The notes below the pieces were generated by a model that did no database searches, was not told the origin of the DNA, and saw only the letters and a program-made list of their open reading frames with translations. 64,000 nucleotides of DNA from Oculina patagonica (Eukaryota). Within the stretch, counting starts at the first letter, position 1; every line of letters begins with the position of its first letter. The stretch covers positions 8,432,001 through 8,496,000 of the forward strand of contig NC_135761.1 in NCBI RefSeq assembly GCF_052425735.1. Reading direction: 5' to 3'. Both the position numbers and the translations under genes were made by a program. Shown here one piece after another: positions 1-10,414 of the stretch.

Positions 1-1935
1 TATTCAGCATTATTTTCCTCGTGAGGATCGGTGGTACAGTTTAGGCGAGATGCCATTTTCTTTCGTGAGTAGCTATCTCGTCGGGCCTTGTCATGGTAAA
101 ATCTACGGTATACAGTATGAATTTGCTTCCTATCGTCACCGAATGGTGAGTTTCAACCCATACACCAACAAATGGATGTTATTACCAAGCAAAGAGGACA
201 GAGACTTAAAGCAAATATTTGTTGCAAATGAAAATGAAATGAACGCTTTGGTATCTGAACCATGTAAGAACCATAGAGTGCACCCGCGCTACTATCTCCG
301 ATTCCATACAGAGGTACAGTTCTGTGACAAAGAAAAACACGTTTCACTTATCACAAAGTACAAACCCGAATCAAACTCATGGGAGGACATATCATCATTT
401 GATCACATGTGTTTGAAATTCAAGCTTTAACTAGTAAACAAATATACAAAAAACTTGTGACCAAGAGAACAATAGAGCCAACAAGCAAAGCCAAGTTTAC
501 AGCTATCTTTTCCGAAAACAATTTGGACTGGGCAAATATCTATAAAATTCCGTTCAACTCGACACTTGATACGAGAACTAGAGCGCTTCAACTCAAAATA
601 CTTCACAGAATTCTTTTCACCAATTCATCTCTTTTTAAGATGAAAATATCCGCCACTCCACTTTGCACCTTTTGTGACTTGGAGAGCGAAACCCTTGAGC
701 ACCTTTTCGTGGACTGTGAATATGTGAAATCATTCTGGGAAGCTTTCACCGCTTGGGTTAATTCCCTAGGCATTGTTCTTAATCGACCAACTGGCCAAGA
801 AATAATGCTCGGAATAACAGGAAATAACGACGATCGTAAGCTAGTTAATCACCTTCTAATCTTAGGGAAACAAACAGTATTTTATTGTAGACAAAAGAAG
901 CTCTCACCAATGTTTTCATTGTTTCAGCTGCGTGTGCAGCGCATTATAGAAATTGAAAAGATAATAGCCACTAAAAGAGATAAACTATTAATACACCTGT
1001 CAAAATGGGAGAAGGTTGTACCTTTTTTTTTTTAACTAGTTAAGCTTAGATACTCCGGTCTATCTGTTTCTTTTCTATGAATTGATGCATATTGTAATCA
1101 GTGCTTAATGTGTTTTTCAAAAGTGTAATTAGTGTAGTAATCAGTAATTTGTTAGACGCTTATTTATTCATTTATTTATTTTTCATTTTGTCTTTTTAGG
1201 TTCTATTAACGTTATAAGCTGTAGTGTTATTGTATGTGTTGTAATAATAATTTTTGTCAAATAAAGAGCATAAATTATAAAAAAAAAATCATTTGATCAC
1301 ATGAATTTGAGGGAAAATGTTTGCATTGTATAGCCAAGAACAATTTTGTATACTTTGTTGGCGGTGAAGAAGATCGTTACACAGGTTACAGCTTCGAATT
1401 CAAATACAAATGCCTCGCTGATGTTGAGAGGTATGACCTTCGCAAAAACAAGTGGGACAAAGTAGCTGATATTCAAATTGCAAGGAGCTCTGCTACCGGT
1501 GCTGCGGCAAACGGGAGAATTGTTATTGCTGGTGGAATTAGAACCACTAAATGGTGGTCGTCCCGTCCGGAAGAATTGCAACGTGAATTGTTCAGTGAAA
1601 CAACAACTAAATGGGAATTTATTCAAACGTGTGACATGCATCCACGGTCAATTCTCAAACTCCTGTCTGTTGATGACAGACTGTATGTACTTGCCAACTC
1701 GACTCGTCCGCCTTCAGACGAAAGACCGTTTCAATACCAAAGAAATGTCAAATGCTATGACCCTGACAAAAATGAATGGAGCCAGAAAACGCAAATCCCT
1801 GGAAAGGGGGGTCATGCGTTTAAGTTTTTTTCAATAAGGATTTTCAACGGATTTCTCGATAATAAAGGAGCGAGGGAGGTCACGCGGAAAACGACATCTT
1901 CTCCCGTCCAATCATCACGTGCATGCTTCTTGTGA
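1..1935 (+). pseudogene. Kelch-repeat (KLHL-like) gene, 3' part, disrupted by a LINE insertion and a 2-bp frameshift; 5' end lies outside the window
   Basis: Kelch motifs YFPREDRW, FNPYTNKW, YKPESNSW, VYFVGG..VERYDLRKNKW, YDPDKNEW in ORFs 50-430 and 1321-1935. Removing 410-1303 rejoins SFDHM|NLRENVCIV; an extra TA at 1331-1332 then creates TAG and a frameshift. Confidence 0.8.
410..1287 (+). mobile_element. 5'-truncated L1/Tx1-clade LINE (ORF2 C-terminal zinc knuckle, 3'UTR, polyA)
   Basis: ORF 409-1035 has the KILHRIL..CTFC..ETLEHLFVDC..W zf-RVT-type motif. AATAAA at ~1260, A-tail 1279-1287, 16-bp TSD ATCATTTGATCACATG at 394-409 and 1288-1303. Confidence 0.9.
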
Positions 1936-2335
1936 CCAAGCTGGTAAACTGCAGGGAACTAGAATCCGTATGCGTTCCTTGGATAGCTGCCTCTCAACCA
2001 CGGCATCCAAGATGAAAATACTCATGAGTCTTAGCGACCACTAACCGTGACCTGCGTCCTAATATTGATATAGACAAATCAGATGCTGCACAATGAGTCA
2101 CGGACTAGCTTTGTTATTGACGTTGAACATTTTATAACTTTCAGATGATTTCAAGATATGGACTAATTTCGTTCCCCACCCGCGAGATCTGGGAACGAGA
2201 TTAGATATGGACACGGTGACTCCCTTTAATAAATTTATTGTTGCTAAAACATATTTAACCTAGCCAATAATTTGGCTAACATTTGATATTTTATGTTGAT
2301 TTTTCATTTGTCACCATGGGAATTCAATTCGTTTG

Positions 2336-3089
2336 GGAACATCAAAAAAAAAGAAATTCGAAATCTCTTTTTTTCACCGCGTTTTCGCGCTCTAAAATCG
2401 TGAAATTTCACTTCCGGTTGGGTCCAAAACCGCGCACATTGGGGAGCTGGGTCTATTCTGCTTTTGACGTCATGGTCGATCTAGACCCAGCTCCCCACTG
2501 CGCGCCGTGACGTCAAACAAGAATGCGCTCAGTGAACTCAACTCAATAACCAAACAAACCGAACATGGAATTTTAAAGCTGCGACGGCATAGATTTAAAA
2601 TCGCTTAAATCACAACAACACGTGTGCTACTTCTAAATTCGTTTTGAGCCTAATACGTCAAGATTAAAAACCGCCTTTTTATTTTACTTACCTGTATATT
2701 TGCTGATATGATATATGATAGTATTATTTTCACACACTGTTTCCATCGGCTTTTCTAAAAAACTATTATTACACTAGTATCCCTCTAGACTTCAGATCAT
2801 TTATAAACTTCCAAGCCTTAAGCTTTTTTTTCGGTTTTCCGGCACCAAGCCGCAATCTTCCTTTGAAATTCCCTGTTCAGTTTGTTTGGTTCTAGAGTGT
2901 ATCACTTGTTTGACGTCACGGCGCCAGTGGGGAGCTGGGTCTAGACCGGCCATGACGTCAAAAGCAGAATAGACTCAGCTCCCCACTGTGCGCGGTTTGG
3001 ACCCAACCGGAAGTGAAAATATTGCGTGTTTTAGGTCGAAAACGCGGTGAAAAAAAACGAGATTTTGAATTTCTTTTTTCGATGTTCGC
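2336..3089. mobile_element. Non-autonomous foldback DNA element with ~190-bp inverted arms
   Basis: 2336-2522 is the reverse complement of ~2905-3089 (CACTTCCGGTTGGGTCC..GGGGAGCTGGGTCTA..GACGTCAAACAA). Termini and TSD not resolved. Confidence 0.65.
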
Positions 3090-3167
3090 ATCAGCATACC
3101 ACGTAGATTTGATCAGGCAAATAAAAAAAAGTCTGTCATATATACTTTAAAAGTGTTATGTATCTGA

Positions 3168-3478
3168 CGCAGCATGAAAATTGGGATTTACATTAAATTA
3201 AAGTTGTTTAAATTTGGTGTAATGTGGGTTATCCAACTTTACACCATCAATTAAATGTTGTTAAAGGTGGTTAAACCGACCTTTACGCTACCATGCGTAA
3301 ATGTTATTTAAAGTTGTTGTAAAGGAGTCTCTTTATTTATCTTTATACTCGAGTGTAAAGCTGGGATAAAGGTCAGCTTTAAAAAAATGTAAAGTCAGCG
3401 TATAGCTGAATAGATTCTAAATTTATGCCAGCCATATTTGAGCTTTACACCACGGTAAAGTTGTGTTTTCATGCTGTG
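3168..3478. mobile_element. CACTA/EnSpm-type non-autonomous element
   Basis: TIRs C(G)CAGCATGAAAA / TTTTCATGCTGTG; 3-bp TSD TGA at 3165-3167 and 3479-3481; internal TTTAC/GTAAAG repeats. Confidence 0.7.
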
Positions 3479-3579
3479 TGACGTCTCTGTTGTGTACTCG
3501 TTGCAAAACTGTGCTAGTTTTATTTATTGGTAAGCCAGTCAGTGCCGAGATCAGTGTCCGGAGTTATAATAAGCGACAA

Positions 3580-3631
3580 CAACCTCGTTCCCAGGGCTTT
3601 TCCCCAGGGAAAAGCCCTGGGAACGAGGTTG
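3580..3631. mobile_element. 52-bp palindromic MITE with 9-bp TSD
   Basis: CAACCTCGTTCCCAGGGCTTTTCCC..GGGAAAAGCCCTGGGAACGAGGTTG flanked by AAGCGACAA at 3571-3579 and 3632-3640. Confidence 0.85.
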
Positions 3632-4319
3632 AAGCGACAAAAGTCCTTGAAACAGTTGGTTGAAACTAATACTTATTTAACATTCTCATTTGTCCACCTT
3701 TAATCTGTTGCAGCTTGTGAACCTTTTCACTGTTGTACCTAAACGAGGAAAGTCTGATCTTGCAGCTAGCAAATCCAACATTGTATCGGGAGGAGGGGTG
3801 AGGGGTAAAATTTATCCAACGTTCTCGAAAAGTTCCGAGTGTTTCAACACTTTTTGCGCCCATTATAGATCTATTACACTGGCGACAGTATAATCAGCCC
3901 CATTTCAACTTTTCACGTTGAAAGCGAAGTCACAAATGAAGAAAGCCAAGCTTGGTCGGAACTTCTTAGAGCCGCTTTCATGAGCTTTAGATTTAAAAGT
4001 CCTCTGTCCGGCTTTGACCCAAACATCAAAAGTTATTCTTCAACATTTCCTCTCTATGCCACAAGCCAATTTTCAGTCACGGCAGCAGCTGTATTTTCTA
4101 AACTCTCGATATCCAAACTGATTTAAAGCCGGAAATCAATTTGACCATGCGCAATTCACTAATTTTACCCCCTGTGTGTTTTAACAGAAAAGGTAATTTG
4201 ACCGAACAGAGTACAATTCAGGCACTTTTCGGGTGATGTGTTTGTACTTCGATTACGTAACAACTATCGGAGTGTGGAGATCCAATTAGAAGCACGAATG
4301 TTGCAATTGCCTTGACTTG

Positions 4320-5312
4320 CTAAAGAACACGAGAAGGAACTCCTGGAAATTGAAATCTTCCCCGACAAAATGTCAAATACTGGCAGATTTGAGTAGTGTT
4401 TTCTGCTAAGCTTTTCCCCAGTATTTTTTTCACAGCCCGTCTTATCTCTCTTATTCTCCAGCAGTACACAACAGGGTTCAGGAAGGAGTTAATAAAAACA
4501 ACAGTTGTAGCGTAGTCATAGGCAATCTTCACTGTTTTGGTGTATCCAATAAATGTCTCCGTGAGCATCGTTATGAAAAATGGAAAATAGAAAATCAAAA
4601 ATAAACCATAAACATAAAGTACAGTCACTGCAGATTTTCTACACTTCAGTACATTTACTGTGTCGCTTTGACGATGATCCAAATTTTGCTGTTGCTGACT
4701 TATCTGTCGCTGGTGTCTGCGAACAATATGAAATATCTTCAATGTACTCAGAGTGGTGACAAGAAATGTTAAAAGTGTTATAACCACTGGAAAAATAATC
4801 CAGTTTCTTATCCAAAACCTCAACATTACGACAGCTGTGGCAAAGAACCACAGGCAAACAGCGGTCTGAAAAACGCGAGGGATAGTAACAACCATGTTGT
4901 ATCGTAAATGCAGAGTTAAAGCGAGAAGACGATCGATAGAGACTCCGCTTAAAATTAACAAAGATACACCAGACGTTGCCCAGCTTGATATGGTCTGAAT
5001 CATCCTCAAGGTGCAATATACACTAAAGTCATCTCCAAGTTCAGCTATCTTGTACGCCACGAAAAATGGTTGACATATTAGCCCAACGAGGAGATCTGAA
5101 GCAGCGAGGCAAAACAAAAGGATGAAAGATGGCGAGTGAAGTTCTCGCGTTTGCCGGATGACATGCAGAATCACAGAATTTCCCACACACGTTATCAGAG
5201 AAAACACTGCATTCAAAATACATGTTATAACATTGGCTGTTAACGTCTCTCTTGTTTTGTCTAAGTTTATGTCCAAAAAGGAACACGTTAGGTGGACAGT
5301 TTTGTTCATCAT
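4320..5312 (-). CDS. Intronless class A (rhodopsin-like) orphan GPCR, copy 1
   Basis: Seven hydrophobic segments; GN (TM1), LAASD (TM2), SIDRL (TM3), FYFP (TM6), NSFLNPVVYCWR (TM7). First ATG at 5312, alternative 5309; the ORF track starts at a TTG. Confidence 0.92.
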   Translation of the reverse strand: MMNKTVHLTCSFLDINLDKTRETLTANVITCILNAVFSLITCVGNSVILHVIRQTRELHSPSFILLFCLAASDLLVGLICQPFFVAYKIAELGDDFSVYCTLRMIQTISSWATSGVSLLILSGVSIDRLLALTLHLRYNMVVTIPRVFQTAVCLWFFATAVVMLRFWIRNWIIFPVVITLLTFLVTTLSTLKIFHIVRRHQRQISQQQQNLDHRQSDTVNVLKCRKSAVTVLYVYGLFLIFYFPFFITMLTETFIGYTKTVKIAYDYATTVVFINSFLNPVVYCWRIREIRRAVKKILGKSLAENTTQICQYLTFCRGRFQFPGVPSRVL

Positions 5313-7414
5313 GCTCAAGATGTGTTGTCCACACGGAAGCTTCGCCGGTTAACTTAAAAAAAATGAAGAGATCCAGTTAATGTGACGAGTGTATTATAAT
5401 CTGAGAGAGTGATTTGCACTTTCTTTTTAGAACCTTTGTTCAATCGAAGTTTAGCTTTAGAAAGAGATTGATCTTCTGTTTGTTGACCTCAATTGTCGCG
5501 ACTCCTTCTTTTAATATTCAAATTAAAATTTGTGGAAATCATTGTTAACTGCATTGTATGCTTTTTAATACCAACATCACGACAGGAGTAGATTTCCTGC
5601 TAAAAGCAATCAGAAAAACGCCATTGTTTGGTTGGAACTTAGGGTTGTTTTTCTTGATTTTTTGATAACAGAAAATACAGGCTCAAATCTATCAAAACCA
5701 AAATCAGACAACTTTGGTTGCGGTTTTGGTTGAAAATTCAAAAAAATCCCCAGCTTTTTTTTTCTGGTTTTAAGAAAAATTAACCATATTTTTTAATAAG
5801 TGGATCGGAAAAATGATATTTAATACAAAACACCTGCATGCCGTGGTAAATTGCGAAATAGCTTGTAGTGAATGTGATATATTAATATTTCTATTTAGCA
5901 GGATTCTTTTAAATTTGATCAAAAATCGAAACTAGTAGAAGGGCCGGATATAAACTGTAGACTTACTAATTTCTGCAAAGATTTAGTAAAATTTATTACG
6001 ATATTCTTTAAGTTTTATTTTGTAAGAAGTTTTTTCCCGATACATTAAGAGTGAGTCCGCACGAGAACCATGCAGGCGAGTCTACAGCGCATCTCACCGA
6101 TTTCCCTCAAATTTGGCACACTTGTGTAACTTCACTAGTACATTAACCATGTGCAATATTTTGGTTCAATTGTTTATTTTTTGGAGAAATGTCAATCAAA
6201 CTGTCAGACAGTGGAAAGTACTTAAATTTGACCTAAAAATATTCACCATGTTTGATCCCCTGCTACATGCTAAATATAAAAAGAAATGATACGAAACTTT
6301 TACATAAGACAAATCAAGTCCCGAACAATAGAAAAACGTTCAGTAAACTTGTGTCATTTGCTGCGTTTGGCTGAAAGCAAAATTCCAAATCTCCTTATTC
6401 AATTCGTATCAAAAAAGTGGGGTTTCAAAAGTCGTTGTTTGTAGACATGCGGCGTTTCTTCAATCGAATTTGAAAGTATCAATAGATTGCCAAGGAAATG
6501 GTGTCCCTATTTATCAAATAAAATCTCTGTTAAGTTTAAGAGGAATTACAGGTTCGCATCAATAAATGGTGTTAACTTCGTGACAATATGCAAATGAGCT
6601 CAACACGGAAATCGTGATAAGTTCAGAGTTTGTAAAATATAAACTAAATAAAATGTTGCTATAAGAAGTAAAACATCGTTATGAAGCTTTTTGCATAAAA
6701 ATACTTTTAAATCGTTAGTAGTTTTAACTACTGGAAGTCGTTGGCTGGTAATAAGCAAATTAAACAAATTCAAACGAACACAAAGGTCATACCGACCTGC
6801 TGGTCGTACTGCACCAATTTGAAAGATATCCCATCAAGCAAGCATCATTGCATAAAAGTCATTTCCTTCAAGGGTTTTTGGCATCGCCCTCTTGGTGTGT
6901 AAGCTGCGTTTAGCCGTATTTGCCAGCACCATAGTAATTTAAGAACAGATGTTATCAAAACAAGTTGGCGGCGAGACATCGAATATAATATCCACCGATC
7001 ATGAAAACCGACTTGTTTTAGAATTCGGTCGCGTGTTTTGTTCACATATAAAAAACATGTTTCCACTGCAAAGAAATTATGTAGTCATCGTTTTCATCCA
7101 GTAAGAATCTGTGGCACAAGTGGTTTTTGGTGCTGTCGTTCTTCGAAGAACACCGACAATAGTTGATTGCGTGACAGACCGACTTGTGAATTTTATCTCA
7201 AATTTCATGTCTCAAATTTCACTCTGACTCAGATCATATTGCGATCGTCATGGCTTCGTTTATGTGCTTTCAAGAAGGACCTGACATTCAGGGGCCATGG
7301 GATATGTATAGACTCATTTATAAATGTTCGCCACAAATCGCCATGGCTTTAATTTTCCACCTTTTTTAATTTTGAAAATCTGAAATCGAAAAATTAGCCT
7401 TTAATACCGACTTA

Positions 7415-8002
7415 CCGTAAATAATCTTATAAACGCCAGGGCTTTTTAATTTAAGGGGTACATGCGGGAGTTTTAAATAAATATGAGGCGTTTAGTAGAA
7501 AAGGGGCATTCATATCACCAGGAGCCCATGATTTCACTCTAACTGTAACGAAACAAATAGACAAACAAGTATGTAAATATGACGCGTAGTTTGCTCCCGG
7601 ATAAAGATAGGAAACAGATTTTGTGAGTAGGAGACTACTCTAATCTTTTCTAATGCAAAGCCTACAGATGTCGTTCACAGATTGTTCGATATCGATGTCT
7701 TCATCGTCATCGCATCGGGGTTAACCATGTTGGCTAGCTAGCTCCTTTGGTCCCTTCGATGTCCGAGTGAATCAATTAACTAACTAAAGAAAATTGCGTG
7801 TTTTTTACTCCATGAAACGTTTACTTGAGTTTTGAGGCGAATATATTTTTTCTTTTTTTATTGAGGAGGGGGGGGGGGGTGATGGGGGCAGGGGGTGTCT
7901 ATTAGACACGGGACGTTTATTAGTAGAGGCCTCTAATACAAATTTTACACCTCAGGGGGAGGCGTTTATTTAAGAGTGGGGCGTTTATTAAATCATTTAC
8001 AG
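7415..8002. mobile_element. Tc1/mariner(pogo)-type MITE
   Basis: TA|CCGTAAATAATCTTATAAACGCC ... GGCGTTTATTAAATCATTTACAG|TA, with repeated GGCGTTTATT motifs. Confidence 0.55.
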
Positions 8003-8699
8003 TATTTCACTCATTTACATTTATTCTAAGGATTGCCTACGGGAAAAATAAAATAGAACAAAAGAGTATGATTATGAGTATCATTGAAAACGAACTTTCA
8101 ACAACCTGGTCAAGGCAAAGACGAATCATGAGTTGTAAAAAGGCACGCTGATCTACACTTATACAAATATTTAATTCCGTCGATACGTCGGTCCGTCATT
8201 CTAGCTTTAAATTAGGAAATCAGTAGGAGCACTATCAGAGATACAGGTGATTCCAAATTTGTTGAAACTGTTCTGGATCCTTGTTCCCAGGGTCTTCGTT
8301 CCCCTAAACCAGCGGTTGATAAACGAGTTTGGACATTAAATTTCGTTCCAAGAACTTGCGCATTTTCCGTCAGCCTTGACCGAACTGGGCCGTCCTCTGC
8401 CCTCTGGGCTATTTATGGTTCCGGTTTAATTGTGCGCATGCACCGGAGACTTGAGATGGAATGATCCGTTCTCGCTCCCAGAGTCTACGGTCCTTCTGTT
8501 CTGCGCCAGGGATCGAGACCTCTGCCGTTAATGTCTGTTAAGCTACGCAACGAATTGAAGGCGGGGTTTGGTTGGGAATGAAAAGGAATGAGGCACCAGC
8601 GGAGTGGCCCCGAGGCGAAAGCGGAAACCCGACTGAGAGGTAAGTGCTTGGACAGTTGCTATAGAAAACGGCTCCACATCGAGGCCCTTTGAGTCACAC

Positions 8700-9298
8700 T
8701 AGGGCTTTCCACAAGTTGCTCGGCAACTTTTTGGCATTTTTTCATGTTTCGAGCAACTTTTTCCCCCTTGGAGCAACTTTTTTCCTCTCGAGCAACTTGT
8801 TGCATTTTGAGCAATTTCCAGACCGAAGATTTCCGAAGATTATACGAGTGCTGTTCTAAGGCAAAACGAACTTTTCCGAAGACTTACGACGTTTGCCGAA
8901 GATTTTCGAGGGACATCTGAAGACGTTTCAACATTCGGCTCATTCTGTATAAAACATTACAAAACTCGTCAGCAAACATGACGTCATCAATATCTTCACG
9001 ATTTTTCCCAGTTAAAGGAATCCTTGTCACTTAACAAAATAATATTCCCTTTAATATGTTATTTAGATACTTTTGCTGTAAAATTGCTTAAAACTGCTTT
9101 GAAGATCTTACTCTCAAAGGGAAATTAGCATATATTTAGAAAAAATTCTTTTGGTTAGAAGTAGCGTTTTGGATTTTTTGGAGCAACTTTCGATCAACCT
9201 TTATTATATGAAGCAACGTTTTTGGATTTTTGGAGCAACTTTTTGAGATATTACGGGCAACTTTTTGGGAAATCTCGAGCAACTTGTGGAAAGCCCTA
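8700..9298. mobile_element. hAT-type MITE with 8-bp TSD
   Basis: TIR TAGGGCTTTCCACAAGTTGCTCG / CGAGCAACTTGTGGAAAGCCCTA; TSD AGTCACAC at 8692-8699 and 9299-9306; subterminal GAGCAACTT repeats. Confidence 0.88.
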
Positions 9299-10286
9299 AG
9301 TCACACTGCCCGAAGCCAGTGGAGAGCACGGATGAAAGAAAGAAGGATATAGTGAAGGCTAGAGCAACGAAAAAGAAACTACTTGCAGCAAGCGAGCAGA
9401 ATGCAAATATACGCGTCAGCATGACGACATGTCAACAGCGCACGAAAGGCATGATCCACGAGGGCGAGGCTGCACCAGGCACGAACTCAAACCAGTTTAA
9501 ATTCGTGCGACTGATCGCAGTGACAAAATGAGTGAAAGCAGCCTTGTCGCAGCGTGTGTGCACTTCTGCGACAAAATATAAACTAACCAATGAGAGAGCT
9601 TCATGTATTGAATTCAAAAACTAGTTTACATTCTCCCTCTTCCAAATTCGCTGCAGGTGCACCGAACAAACGCCTTGTTGCAGGGACTTTTTGAAGTAGT
9701 ACACACGAAGCGATTTGTCGCAGAGAACCTCACATAAGGTTTATTAGTACTTCATTAGTGTTTTCATTAATTTGAAAGTAATATTGTGTATAATTAATAT
9801 AAGCTACTTTAACTTTTTCATATATCACATTGATCTGCAATATGGTACGAACAGGAGCTAGAGAGATGGTGGATATAACCCCAGTGTATAAAGATTGAGT
9901 GAAGTCCAATTGGGTATGTAATTATACGCGTTATTAACAAAATCGAACTGCGCGGTCGTTCGATTTTGTTAACAAGGCCTTTGAAAGACCTTTCAATTGG
10001 CATTAATGGTTTTGACATCCACACTATAAATCAGACATTCAGTTAGGGAAGCAACATTATTTTTTTGGAGGAGTGGCCAAGTGGGATCAAAAATCCTGAA
10101 AAAAAATTGTTTGCAATAGCAAAATGCCCACATAAATTGTTTGAAGACATCAAAAAACATTGTCTGCAGAAAGATGCAGCTGGAAAAATTGTTTGGACAG
10201 AGAGCGCCACGGAAAGAAATCGTCTGTACTGTACTATACTACGCTTCGAGTAAAACAATGGTCCATTCCAGCGTTTCGATCGAGCA

Positions 10287-10414
10287 CATTCTCGTCCCCA
10301 TAGCTCTTTCGTTTCTCTTAGCCGGCTTGGCACGAGAAAACCGAGGGCCCTTTGTTTCCTCGTGCCAAGGCCCAGCCGGCTAAGAGAAACGAAAGGGCTA
10401 TGGGGACGAGAATG
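10287..10414. mobile_element. Palindromic MITE with 9-bp TSD (short version of the 30518 element)
   Basis: CATTCTCGTCCCCATAG ... CTATGGGGACGAGAATG; TSD GATCGAGCA at 10278-10286 and 10415-10423. Confidence 0.85.

Noticed and set aside
1321-1935. Independent 204-aa gene
   Set aside because: It starts at TTG and is the frameshifted continuation of the interrupted kelch gene.
4639-5016. Overlapping alternative-frame ORFs in the GPCR genes (also 27382, 38425, 52647, 61138)
   Set aside because: They are short, their ends are inconsistent among paralogues and they have no motifs; they are shadows of the real CDS.
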